Positions 1 to 9,551 of a stretch of 64,000 nucleotides of DNA are shown piece by piece. Under the pieces are notes generated by a model, which made no database searches, had not been told where the DNA came from, and was given only the letters and a program-made list of their open reading frames with translations. The translations under genes and the position numbers were made by a program. Source of the stretch: an uncultured Spirochaetia bacterium (GTDB taxonomy: Bacteria; Desulfobacterota_D; UBA1144; Nemesobacterales; JADFKM01); NCBI GenBank assembly GCA_964639895.1, contig CAZXEJ010000004.1:1033-65032 (forward strand). The letters run 5' to 3'. Position 1 is the stretch's first letter. The number at the start of each line of letters is the position of its first letter.

Positions 1-1
1 C

Positions 2-343
2 GTGCGGGACGTCTACGTAAGCCGCGACGGGCGAGAGAAGGCCTGGGAGAAGATAAAGGAGTACGTCACCTACACGCCCAAGTGCTATGCCACCTGGGGC
101 TCGATGGTCGACCGTGAGGGCAATCTCGTGACCGACCCCTCCGACCCCGCGATCTACGATCTAGCCCTCGAGCAGGCGATCGTGGGAAGCCCCGAGGAGT
201 GCATCGAGACGATCCAGAAATATAAGGAGGCCATCCCCATGGACCCGCTTATCTGCAGGTTCAAGCCCGTAGGGATGAGCCATGAGGAGGCCGTGGCCTC
301 GATGAGGCTCTTTGCCGAAGAGGTCATGCCCTACGTCAAGTAG
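2..343 (+). CDS. C-terminal fragment of a luciferase-like (LLM-class) flavin-dependent oxidoreductase; the 5' end lies outside the window
   Basis: The ORF runs in from the window edge. Its C-terminal region (…EQAIVGSPEECIETIQKYKEAIPMDPLI…) matches the conserved tail of LLM/F420-type monooxygenases by memory. Confidence 0.55.
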   Translation: MRDVYVSRDGREKAWEKIKEYVTYTPKCYATWGSMVDREGNLVTDPSDPAIYDLALEQAIVGSPEECIETIQKYKEAIPMDPLICRFKPVGMSHEEAVASMRLFAEEVMPYVK

Positions 344-382
344 CGGTGAAGCGTCCTCTGGGCGCGTGAGGGAGGATGCCCG

Positions 383-1324
383 ATGGAACGCAGACGGCTC
401 GGCCGAACGGGGCTCGAGGTGGGCGAGATAGGGTTCGGCGCCTGGGCCATAAGCGGCCGTGGATACGGCCCCACCGACGACGACACCTCGATGCGCGCCC
501 TTCACCGAGCGCTCGACCTCGGGGTCGACTTCATCGACACGGCCGACGCCTACGGCGACGGTCACAGCGAGGAACTGGTTGGCAGGGTGCTTCGCGAGCG
601 CCGCGACCGCCGGGTGGTGGTGGCCACCAAGGTGGGCTGGGACTTCTACGGCGGCCGCGGCCTTGTGAGCAACCTCCGGCGCGACTACATACGATTCGCC
701 GTGCGCCAGAGCCTGCGACGCCTGGGAAGAGAGGTAATCGACATCTACCAGGTCCACGACTCCGACCCCGCCGCGATGGAGAGGAACGGCGTCTTCGACA
801 CGATGGAGGAGCTCAAGCGAGAGGGCCTCGTCAGGTTCTGGGGGGTCTCTGCGGCCCGGTGGGAGGACGGCCTCTACGCGCTCGAGCACGCCGAGCCCGA
901 CGTGCTACAGGTGGCCTACAACATCTTCGACCAGGAACCGGCCCGGCGGCTCTTGCCGCTGGCCGCAGAGCGAGGAGTGGCCGTAATCGCCAGGGAGCCG
1001 CTCGCATGCGGCCTCCTGACGGGCAAGTACGGACCATCGTCCACGTTCGGCCCCCGCGACCACAGGGCCGCGTGGAGCGGCGCCATGCTGGCCGAGGCCC
1101 AGGGGCGCCTGAAGATGCTCGATTTCCTGCGCACGCCGCAGAGGACGCTCGTGCAGGCCGCCATCAGGTTCGCCCTCGCCCATCCGGCCGTATCGGTCGT
1201 CATCCCGGGGGCGAAGACGCCGCAACAGGTGGAAGAGAACGTGGGCGCAGCGCGCGTGAGGCTGGAAGCGGACGAGGTTGCCAAGCTGAAAGAGCTCTAC
1301 GAGAAAGGGTTTGCCGAGCGCTGA
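383..1324 (+). CDS. aldo/keto reductase family oxidoreductase
   Basis: ATG at 383 is preceded by GAGGGAGGA. The protein shows an AKR fold signature (…IDTADAYGDGHSEELVGRVL…, …AYNIFDQEP…, IPGAKTPQQVEENV) and is 313 aa. Confidence 0.85.
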   Translation: MERRRLGRTGLEVGEIGFGAWAISGRGYGPTDDDTSMRALHRALDLGVDFIDTADAYGDGHSEELVGRVLRERRDRRVVVATKVGWDFYGGRGLVSNLRRDYIRFAVRQSLRRLGREVIDIYQVHDSDPAAMERNGVFDTMEELKREGLVRFWGVSAARWEDGLYALEHAEPDVLQVAYNIFDQEPARRLLPLAAERGVAVIAREPLACGLLTGKYGPSSTFGPRDHRAAWSGAMLAEAQGRLKMLDFLRTPQRTLVQAAIRFALAHPAVSVVIPGAKTPQQVEENVGAARVRLEADEVAKLKELYEKGFAER

Positions 1325-2878
1325 AAGAACGCGTGCGCGCGGCCGCCCGCCCGCGGGAGGAAGAACTTCGGCCCCAACCGGAGGTGTATCAGGTGGATTG
1401 AAAGGCGGCCGACCTTCTCCAGGGAAGCACTTACGGCCCCACGTATGCATATTGCGACCGCATCAAGGGGGTTGCCCCCGACGGGATGGAGGCCTTACGA
1501 CGAGCGGCGATGGCTATAAGGGCGGACGCTGCCCATGCGGTGCCTTCCCGGGGCCGGGGCAGCGCGACGACCGCCGGGCCACGTCTACTACTACGGGAAC
1601 CACGCGGCCACGCATCCCACCCGCACCCAAAGCAAGGAACGTGTATTGCTCGCGAGAAAGGCGGCTCCGTCCCCCCCGCATCCAGGGTAACACTTTCCCA
1701 TTTCGATCTCCGGCGGGGGATAACCGCCGTCCTCCCTGCGCGCAGAAAGGCGATCCGCAGAGGCATTCGAACCAGTAGGAAGTCAGGTTCTGGCACCGTC
1801 CACCTCCCCGTCCGCGTGGAACAGATGAGAAGCAAGTGTACAGACGATAAAGGAGGGGCCGATCCATCCATATCACAAGGGGGACGCATCAGTGAATCAA
1901 TCCCCACGGCAACGGCACCACAGGCGGCCGCACACCTGCGGGCCGGTCACGAGCGATGTCGCCCAGCACCGAGCCGAGCGTCACAACCGCCACCCCCTCG
2001 GCGCGCAGGGTGTGAACCAAGAAGCGCGACCCGCCCCATAGTGACCCTGACGGTGCATCTGACACTCCATCCACACCTTCCGGTGATAGGGCCCCCCCCT
2101 ACTGCCAATGGCGCAAGAAGGGGTCGCACACCTCGGTCCCGGGTGTAACTGCACATCCTCCACACCCCACGCCGCGCCACAATCCCGAGGCTCGAAGAGA
2201 ACACGGACGGCTCTTGCTCCAGCGGGCCGGCTGTCCGCCCCATCTTCGCGTCGCGGCCGCCCCTTCTCCCAGGCGCCACTCGGGGGGTGATGTAAGAGGC
2301 TCGCATCGCATCCATCGACACACGCCGTCCTGGCGTGCACACGCCCGTCTTCCCACAACACGTTTGCAAATGGGAGAGAGACGGCCGGCCGGCACTCCCG
2401 CACGGCCCACGCCCCCCCACGGTCGGCACAGCCCGGCAACGCTGCCGTCCACACCGTCCCCCCCGGCGCTTACGCACGCGCCAGGACCTCTCCACTACGG
2501 CAGGCGCACTCTCAAGGGAGGCCGAGGCCACGGTGAACGACGGAAGCCGAAAGGGGGAAGCTCCGACCATCCTTTTCCTTATACCCGCTTGCCCCGGAGT
2601 GGGAGGGGAACCGGAAGAGAACCGACAGGGTGCCGGCGGAGGCCCCGCGGCGCAAAGGACGTTGAACCCGCTTCATCGTGTCGCTTCATTCGCCGTAGCA
2701 CCTTAACCCTTCCCGCCCCCTACAACACGGAAGCACCCCGTTCGAAGGCTCCCCCCCTCTCGGCGCTCCACGCTGCCGCCGCAACCTGCACCCCTCGGCG
2801 GCTGCACCGGCATAGGTCGCCCTCACCGCTCCACCGTAGTCCGCCTCACTACGCTTCCCCGCCTCGGGCCGGCCTTCC

Positions 2879-3913
2879 TCAATCGGGGACGAGCACGACC
2901 TTGCCGAACACCTTCCTGCTTTCGAGCAGCAGATGGCCGTCGCGCGCCCGGGACATGGGCAACACCTCGTGCACCACCGGTTTCAGGCGGCCCGCCTCGA
3001 CGTGCCGTATGACCTCCCAGAGGTCGCCCTTCGTGCCCATCGTAGAGCCAAGCAGCGTAAGGCGCCTGAAGAAGACGTGGCGCAGGTCGGTCCTACCTTC
3101 CCAGCCAGCGGTGGCGCCGCAGATTACCAGCCTGCCCCCCATCGTCAGGGCGCGTATGTTCTTGTCCCAGTTCACGTCGCCCACGTGGTCTACGATGACG
3201 TCTACGCCGCGGCCCTCGGTGATGCGCTTGACCTCGCGCTCGAAGTCCTGCCGACGGTAGTTGATGCAGTGGTCGGCGCCCAGCACGTCGCGCGCCTTCT
3301 GCAGCTTCTCTTCGCTTCCGGCCGTCACTATGACGGTCGCCTCGTGGAGCTTTGCGATCTGGACGGCGGCGCTGCCTACGCCGCTTCCCGCCGCATGGAC
3401 GAGCACCGTCTCGCCGAGCCTGAGGCCCGCCCTCACGACCAGCATGTGCCATGCGGTGAGAAAGACCAGAGGGAGGGCGGCCGCCTCCTCGAACGCCAGT
3501 CCCTCGGGCATGGGGATGATGTTCTCCTTGGGCACGCACACCAGCTCGGCGCAGCCCCCCGGGGTGTTCTCGCCCAATATCTTGTAGTCGCGGCACAGGT
3601 TGTCCATGCCGCCCAGGCACCAGCGGCACACGCCGCACGTGATGCCGGGCGAGACTATCACCTTAGTCCCCGGCTCTATGCCGTCCACCTCGGCGCCCAC
3701 TTCTCTTACTACGCCGGCCACGTCGGAGCCCAGTACGTGCGGGTAGGAGAGTTTCAGATGGGGCAGCCCCCGTCTCACCCACACGTCAAGGTGGTTCAAC
3801 GCGCACGCCTTGACCTCGACCAGAACGCCCGAGGGCGTAAGAGTCGGGTCGGGAACCTCGTCGTAGGAGAGCTTGTCCACGCCGCCGTGCTCGTAGATGA
3901 CTACGGCCTTCAT
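2879..3913 (-). CDS. zinc-type alcohol dehydrogenase / quinone oxidoreductase (MDR superfamily)
   Basis: 344 aa with a GroES-like N-terminal domain (GHE…CGVCRWC…) and a Rossmann motif (VLVHAAGSGVGSAAVQIAK). Confidence 0.85.
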   Translation of the reverse strand: MKAVVIYEHGGVDKLSYDEVPDPTLTPSGVLVEVKACALNHLDVWVRRGLPHLKLSYPHVLGSDVAGVVREVGAEVDGIEPGTKVIVSPGITCGVCRWCLGGMDNLCRDYKILGENTPGGCAELVCVPKENIIPMPEGLAFEEAAALPLVFLTAWHMLVVRAGLRLGETVLVHAAGSGVGSAAVQIAKLHEATVIVTAGSEEKLQKARDVLGADHCINYRRQDFEREVKRITEGRGVDVIVDHVGDVNWDKNIRALTMGGRLVICGATAGWEGRTDLRHVFFRRLTLLGSTMGTKGDLWEVIRHVEAGRLKPVVHEVLPMSRARDGHLLLESRKVFGKVVLVPD

Positions 3914-4170
3914 CTCATCACCACCTCACTTGCATTGAGATCGGTCTCTCTGGCACTCAGCACCTCCCCAGACGGCCGCGGGGCGGTGGCGGACGAGAAC
4001 CCCACACGCACCGAGGGGGCTCCACCCATCCCTCCTCCGAGCCGGCCTCGGCGACGACTCCACACGGTGCCGTCGTCGGGGACGGCTGGGCGGCACGCCC
4101 CGAATGGAACCGGGAGCGGCATCGCCGCCCACGGACGGCCGGACCTCGCCGGGACCGTGGGCCCCCTTTG

Positions 4171-4800
4171 CTACCGAGGCTGCGCGCCCCGAATTGGAGC
4201 GGGGGCTGAGTCGTCGCCCTCGGAGGCGGCCGGCGAGAGGGCGAGCTTCGAGAGATCCTCGGGTGTATCCAGAACGTTTCCGCGGCCGGTCATGTAGAGG
4301 AAATTTGCGTTGTCGCGCGGGGCGTTGCTCCGCACGTTAGGGTCGAAGAAGACGTCCATCGTGTGCACGAGCCCGGCTCTGTCGTAGGAGGCAAGCTCGT
4401 ACTTCATCCCCATGCGCAGCGCATCGCACGGGCAGGCCTCGACACAGAACCCGCAGAAGACACACCTCATGAAGTCGATGTTGTAGACCTTGGGCCTGCG
4501 CTCGATGGCGTAGTCATCGGCGGCCTCGGCCACAATAGAGATGGCCTGCGTCGGGCAAGCCACTTCGCACAGCTTGCAGGCCACGCAACGGATATTGCCG
4601 TCGTCGTCGGCCGGAAGCAGGTGCAGGCCTCGGTATGCCGGCGGAAGCTGCTTTACTTCCTCCGGGTACTGGACAGTAATGGGCCGGGGGCGGAGCAGGT
4701 GCTTGAGCGTGGTCCAGAGGCCCCGCAATATCTCGGGCAGGTAGATCCGCTCCCACAGGGTGAGCCGGGGCGCGGAGAGGGTTTTAACCTTGATGGCCAT
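4171..4800 (-). CDS. nuoI: NuoI-type 2x[4Fe-4S] ferredoxin (NADH-quinone oxidoreductase subunit I homologue), encoded alone
   Basis: Two CxxCxxCxxxCP motifs (CVACKLCEVACP and CVFCGFCVEACP) and a NuoI-like N-terminus (…LPEILRGLWTTLKHL…). No other nuo genes are adjacent, and it sits divergent to korAB. Confidence 0.7.
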   Translation of the reverse strand: MAIKVKTLSAPRLTLWERIYLPEILRGLWTTLKHLLRPRPITVQYPEEVKQLPPAYRGLHLLPADDDGNIRCVACKLCEVACPTQAISIVAEAADDYAIERRPKVYNIDFMRCVFCGFCVEACPCDALRMGMKYELASYDRAGLVHTMDVFFDPNVRSNAPRDNANFLYMTGRGNVLDTPEDLSKLALSPAASEGDDSAPAPIRGAQPR

Positions 4801-4978
4801 CCGTGCTCGACCTCCCGTAGATGATTAGCCTAACACATGGGCCTCGTCAATACAATCGTCTAGGGGTACTCAAACGAACTATTCGGAGCCCTAACGTTTT
4901 TTCGTTCGGGAACCTAAAAAACCGTGATTTTCGTAACAATTACAGGATGTTACAAAAGTCAAATTATCGTTTTCTTCC

Positions 4979-5006
4979 TTGACATTTATTGAAACCTTTG
5001 TATAAT
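4979..5006 (+). promoter_or_regulatory. sigma70-type promoter for korAB (TTGACA-N16-TATAAT)
   Basis: TTGACA at 4979-4984 and TATAAT at 5001-5006 lie in an AT-rich 250-bp intergenic region about 50 nt upstream of the korA ATG. Confidence 0.5.
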
Positions 5007-5058
5007 TACGTGTGCGCTTTCGAGGGCAGCACCCAAATTTGCGTTTCGGGAGTATGAG

Positions 5059-6798
5059 ATGGCTATCAAGGACGTTGTGATACGAATCGGGGGAGAGGGA
5101 GGAGAAGGCGTCATCAGCGCCGGCGAGATCCTCTCCCGTGCCGCCGCACGATCGAGGTTCCACTTCTTCACCTTTCGCACCTACCCGGCCGAGATACGCG
5201 GCGGTCTGGCGATGTTCCAGCTCCGGTTGAGCCGCAAGCCCGTCCTCTCGCAGGGTTCGGCGTTGGACGTTCTTATGTGCTTCAACCAGGAGGCATTCGA
5301 CAACTACTGGCGCGAGCTGAAGCCGGACGGGATACTGCTCTACGACCCCAAGTTCTTCACCCCCCCCAGTCAGTTCAAGAACAAGTCCTACCCCGTCGAG
5401 TTGGAGCAGATATCGCTCGACAGCTCCGGCACCACACGCGGCAAGAACATCGTGGCCGTCGGCGTGTTGGCCCAGATGCTGGGCGTGCCGTTCGAGACCT
5501 GCGCCAAGCTGGTCGAGGAGCTGTTTTCCAAGAAGGGTGAGAAGGTCGTCGCCGCCAACGTAAAGGCCCTTGAAGGCGCCTACAAGCACGCGGCCGACAC
5601 CATCGACCGGATCGAGTTGGGCGAGCCCGAGATGGAGGGCGAGGACTGGATAATCCTCTCGGGCAACGAGGCCATAGCCCTCGGAGCCATAGCGGCCGGC
5701 TGCAAGCTGTGCACGGGCTACCCGATAACGCCTGCCAGTTCGATCCTTGAGTTCCTGGCCCGCGAGCTTCCCCGCTTCGGAGGGGTGGTCATACAGTGCG
5801 AGGACGAGATAGCGGCCGTCGGTGCCTGTGTGGGTGCGTCGTTCGCCGGGGCCAAGGCGATGACGCCGACCTCGGGACCGGGGCTCGCGCTGATGACGGA
5901 GATGCTCAATCTGGCCTCCATGTCCGAGACCCCGATAGTGATCGTCGACGTGCAGCGCTCGGGGCCCAGCACGGGCATGCCAACCAAGACCGAGCAGAGC
6001 GACCTGCGCCACGCCATGTACGGGGCGCCGGGTGAGGCGCCGCGGGTGGTCATCGCGCCGGCCAACGTCGAGGACTGCTTCTACGAGATGATCCGCGCAT
6101 TCAACATAGCCGAGAAGTACCAGCTTCCGGTCATCGTGCTGTCCGACCAGACGCTGGCCAACCGCACGACTGTACTGAAGAAATTCGATCTCGATTCGAT
6201 AATAATAGAAGAGAGGCTGCAACCTACGGACGAGGAGCTGAGGGGAAGCGTGTACGCCCGCTACAAGATCACCGAGACCGGTGTGTCGCCCGTGTTGCTA
6301 CCGGGCGATCCGCGCGGCTCCTACATATCGACGGGGCTCGAGCACGACGAGTACTGCGCCCCCAGGTACACACCCCAGCACCACAAGGCCATGATGGAGA
6401 AGAGGTTCCGCAAGCTCGAGACACTGAAGAAGGATCTCGCCAACGGGACATTGCCCAACGGGCACTACTTCCTCGACATGCCCGAGGGCGCCAAGATAGG
6501 CATCGTCGCTTGGGGCGCCACGTTCGGCCCCATTCGCGAGGCCATACAGATGGCCGCCGAAGAGGGTATACCGGTGGCACACCTGCACCCGAAGGTGCTG
6601 CTTCCGATGCCCGACGAACCGGTCAGGAAGATTCTCTCTTCGGTTGAAAAGGTGATAGTTCCCGAAGAAAACTTCCTGGGTCACCTCTCGTATATGCTCC
6701 GTGCGGAGTACGGGGCCGATCCCATACAGGTCAACAAGTGCGAGGGGATACCTTTTTCACCCGAGGAGCTGTTTGAACAAATAAAGGAGGTGGCCTGA
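5059..6798 (+). CDS. korA: 2-oxoglutarate/2-oxoacid:ferredoxin oxidoreductase alpha subunit
   Basis: 579 aa. The N-terminal gamma-like domain begins GGEGGEGVISAGEIL, and the remainder resembles the pyruvate/2-oxoacid:ferredoxin oxidoreductase alpha subunit. The stop is 2 nt before korB. Confidence 0.9.
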   Translation: MAIKDVVIRIGGEGGEGVISAGEILSRAAARSRFHFFTFRTYPAEIRGGLAMFQLRLSRKPVLSQGSALDVLMCFNQEAFDNYWRELKPDGILLYDPKFFTPPSQFKNKSYPVELEQISLDSSGTTRGKNIVAVGVLAQMLGVPFETCAKLVEELFSKKGEKVVAANVKALEGAYKHAADTIDRIELGEPEMEGEDWIILSGNEAIALGAIAAGCKLCTGYPITPASSILEFLARELPRFGGVVIQCEDEIAAVGACVGASFAGAKAMTPTSGPGLALMTEMLNLASMSETPIVIVDVQRSGPSTGMPTKTEQSDLRHAMYGAPGEAPRVVIAPANVEDCFYEMIRAFNIAEKYQLPVIVLSDQTLANRTTVLKKFDLDSIIIEERLQPTDEELRGSVYARYKITETGVSPVLLPGDPRGSYISTGLEHDEYCAPRYTPQHHKAMMEKRFRKLETLKKDLANGTLPNGHYFLDMPEGAKIGIVAWGATFGPIREAIQMAAEEGIPVAHLHPKVLLPMPDEPVRKILSSVEKVIVPEENFLGHLSYMLRAEYGADPIQVNKCEGIPFSPEELFEQIKEVA

Positions 6799-6800
6799 TC

Positions 6801-7667
6801 ATGGCTGAAGCCGAAGCGGTAAGGAAGAAAGCATCTGACTACAGGACGGATCTCAAGCCCGTCTGGTGTCCAGGATGCGGCGACTACGGGGCGCTGACGG
6901 CCTTCTACAACGCCTTCGCCGAGACGGGGATCGACCCCAAGGACGTGGCCATCATATCCGGCATCGGTTGCTCCGGCAGGTTCGGCTACTTCATAAAGAG
7001 CTACGGGTTCCACGTGGTGCACGGCAGGGTGCTCCCCATCTCTCTGGGCGCCAAGCTGGCCAACCCCAACCTCCACGTCTTCGGCGTATCCGGCGACGGC
7101 GACGCGCTGGCCATCGGGGGTGGGCACATACCCCACATGGCTCGGCGTAACATGAAGATGGTCTACGTGATTCTGGATAACGCCATCTACGGGCTCACCA
7201 AGGGTCAGGCCTCGCCCACAAGTCCGCCCGTCATGCACACCGGCACCACCCCGGCGGGCGGCTTCGAGAAGCCTCTCGACCCAGTGCTGCTGATGCTGTC
7301 CTACGGGGCCACCTTCGTCGGCAGAGGTTATACGGCCAAGCACAAGACCATCTCCAACCTTCTGGTCAAGGCCATGAACCACAACGGCTTCGCCGTCATA
7401 CACGCCATATCGCCCTGTCCGACGTTCAACAAGACCGTCACCTTCAAGTCCGTAAGCCAGCTCGTGGCCGACATACCCGAGGACCATGACCCGACGGACA
7501 GGATGAAGGCTATCGAACTTGCCATGGCCAAGGACAAGCTCTACCTCGGCGTCTTCTATCAGTCCGAGGAACCGACTCTCGAGCAGAGGCTCAACCTCGA
7601 GGAGCGCTTTCACATGACCACGGACAAGAAGGAGGAGCTGAGCCGCCTCCTGGACAGGTTCAAATAG
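6801..7667 (+). CDS. korB: 2-oxoacid:ferredoxin oxidoreductase beta subunit (TPP-binding)
   Basis: 288 aa with CPGCGDYG and GIGCSGR motifs and a TPP-binding GDG…N motif; it is translationally coupled to korA. Confidence 0.9.
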   Translation: MAEAEAVRKKASDYRTDLKPVWCPGCGDYGALTAFYNAFAETGIDPKDVAIISGIGCSGRFGYFIKSYGFHVVHGRVLPISLGAKLANPNLHVFGVSGDGDALAIGGGHIPHMARRNMKMVYVILDNAIYGLTKGQASPTSPPVMHTGTTPAGGFEKPLDPVLLMLSYGATFVGRGYTAKHKTISNLLVKAMNHNGFAVIHAISPCPTFNKTVTFKSVSQLVADIPEDHDPTDRMKAIELAMAKDKLYLGVFYQSEEPTLEQRLNLEERFHMTTDKKEELSRLLDRFK

Positions 7668-7700
7668 AAGGCTCGACCCGCAATCCCACACCGAGACCGA

Positions 7701-7743
7701 AGGGGAGGAAGGTGCCGTGGGGCATCCCCTCCCCCTTTTTTTC
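7701..7743 (+). terminator. rho-independent terminator after korB
   Basis: A GGGGAGG stem, loop, then CCTCCCC followed by TTTTTTT (7736-7742). It lies at the convergent junction with the symporter gene stop. Confidence 0.6.
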
Positions 7744-9520
7744 ATCCGTCGCGCGGTCCCGACTCCGCCAGGCGCACCCACAGCCACACACCCGCCGCCG
7801 CGGCCACGGCCAGGGAAAGCACTCCCCACACGGGATAGCCCAGCACGCACTTGCCCACGCCTACCATGGCCGAGGCCAGCGCCACGACGCCGAGCAACCA
7901 GTTCACTAGCAGCGGTCCCAGAGGCTCGGAGGGAGAGCACGCGCCGGCCTTCCGCTTGACGGGTCCCCACCACCCCCAGGGCCGTATGCGCCTGTAGAAC
8001 TCGACCAGCCGCTCCTCGGGCTCGGGTCGGGTGAGCAGCGTTACGGCGAGCGAGACCGCAACCGATACGGGTACGACCACGATCTGGTGCTTTAGCGCCA
8101 TATCCACGCCGGCGGCCCGCACGTAAACCGCCACCCCCGCTATTGCGACGATGGACGAGGCGAGCGCCGCAATCTCGCTCCAGGCGTTGATCCTCCACCA
8201 GAACCACCGCAGTACCAGCACGAGCCCGATGCCGGCGCTCATAGCCCAGAGGAACACCCACGCCTTACCGATTGAGCCTATCTGGAGGGCCACGACCCCC
8301 GCCGCCGCGGCCAGCGCCACGGTGGCGATGCGTGCGACGGCCACGTAGTGTGTCGCCGACGCCCCCTTGCGGACGAACCTCCTGTACAGGTCGTTCATCA
8401 CGTAGGACACCCCCCAGTTGAGCTGGGTCGAGAGCGTAGACATGAAGGCCGAGAGGAACGCCACGAACACAACCCCTCTGAGGCCCGGGCCCAGGAACCG
8501 CTCGACCATGGCCACGTAGACGGCCTCCTGGTCTCCGCCGGTGACGGAAGCGTCGGGGTAAACGATGAGCGATGCCGCCGCCACAACCACCCACGGCCAG
8601 AGTCGGAGCACGTAGTGGTTGAGCGCGAACCACCCCATGCCGAGCACGGCGTGCCTCTCATCCTTGGCGGAGCTGAGCCGCTGGATGATGTAGCCGCCTC
8701 CGTCGGAGTTGTGAGACGACCACCAGACGACTGTCACGTACACGAGGAATACGAAGAAGGGGGAATCGAACCACCCCCCCTGGGTGGCGGCTGGCCCGCC
8801 GGTGCCGGGTGTGACGAAGAAGGAGAGATGATCGCCCAGAGCGTGAGCCTTGTGCCAGAAGGCGCCGAGCCCACCCACCTCGGGAGAGCCCACCACGGCG
8901 ACGGCGAGGGCTACGGTGCCCAAGAGGGCCAACCCGTACTGGAGCACGTCGGTCGCCACCACGCCCCAGAGGCCGCTCAGCATCGTGTAGAGCACGGCCA
9001 CCGTGATGGAGACGACGACGGCCCAGAGGGGCTCGACGCCGAAGAACACCCGCAGCACCTTGGCCATGGCGCTTATCACCCACCCCATGACGACCAGGTT
9101 GAAGGCCGTCGAGAAGTAGAACGCCTTGAACCCACGCAGGAAGGCGGCCGGCCGGCCGGAGTAGCGGAGCTCTATGAGCTCGTTGTCCGTTATGACCTCG
9201 GCCCTGCGCCACAGCCTCGCGAAGACGAACACCACGAAGACGTGGGTGAGGATGTAGTTCCACCAGAACCAGTTCTTCCAGACACCCGCCGTCCTCACCC
9301 ATCCCGTAACCGCCAGTGGTGTGTCGGCAGCGAACGTGGTGGCCACCATAGAGGTACCCAGCGCCCACCACGGCAGGCGGCGGCCGGAGACGAAGTAGTC
9401 GGCCATGCCGCCCTCGGCCCGGCGCTTAAGGAGCAGACCCACCAGTAGCGACACCACCAGGAACGAGGCCACTATGGCCCAGTCGAGGGGAGCAAGCGTA
9501 CGCGTGAGAGCAGAATCCAT
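7742..9520 (-). CDS. sodium:solute symporter family transporter, co-transcribed with murQ-anmK-nagZ and so a MurT-like candidate MurNAc/anhMurNAc importer
   Basis: SSF signature (…YFVSGRRLPWWALGTSMVATTFAADTPLAVTGW…) with many transmembrane segments. I chose the start at MDSALTR (9520), 31 nt downstream of the nagZ stop, and treat the upstream extension in the track as spurious. Confidence 0.75.
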   Translation of the reverse strand: MDSALTRTLAPLDWAIVASFLVVSLLVGLLLKRRAEGGMADYFVSGRRLPWWALGTSMVATTFAADTPLAVTGWVRTAGVWKNWFWWNYILTHVFVVFVFARLWRRAEVITDNELIELRYSGRPAAFLRGFKAFYFSTAFNLVVMGWVISAMAKVLRVFFGVEPLWAVVVSITVAVLYTMLSGLWGVVATDVLQYGLALLGTVALAVAVVGSPEVGGLGAFWHKAHALGDHLSFFVTPGTGGPAATQGGWFDSPFFVFLVYVTVVWWSSHNSDGGGYIIQRLSSAKDERHAVLGMGWFALNHYVLRLWPWVVVAAASLIVYPDASVTGGDQEAVYVAMVERFLGPGLRGVVFVAFLSAFMSTLSTQLNWGVSYVMNDLYRRFVRKGASATHYVAVARIATVALAAAAGVVALQIGSIGKAWVFLWAMSAGIGLVLVLRWFWWRINAWSEIAALASSIVAIAGVAVYVRAAGVDMALKHQIVVVPVSVAVSLAVTLLTRPEPEERLVEFYRRIRPWGWWGPVKRKAGACSPSEPLGPLLVNWLLGVVALASAMVGVGKCVLGYPVWGVLSLAVAAAAGVWLWVRLAESGPRDG

Positions 9521-9551
9521 AAGGCCTACACCCGGCGAAGGGGAGACGACG

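Noticed and set aside
376-1401. 341-aa ORF overlapping the AKR gene in another frame, with an R/P/G-rich translation
   Set aside because: It has the low-complexity composition typical of off-frame GC-rich DNA, and the AKR frame carries real motifs.
2933-4297. 454-aa plus-strand ORF antisense to the ADH gene
   Set aside because: The antisense frame of a GC-rich gene stays open by chance. Its translation is junk (H/R/A/V-rich), and the ADH motifs are on the other strand.
4891-6222. 443-aa minus-strand ORF antisense to korA
   Set aside because: Its translation is low-complexity, and korA on the plus strand is unambiguous.
6681-8261. 526-aa minus-strand ORF spanning korB and the symporter gene
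   Set aside because: It is antisense junk across two real genes.
8348-9448. 366-aa plus-strand ORF antisense to the SSF symporter
   Set aside because: The His/Glu/Arg-rich repetitive translation is characteristic of the antisense of a hydrophobic membrane-protein gene.
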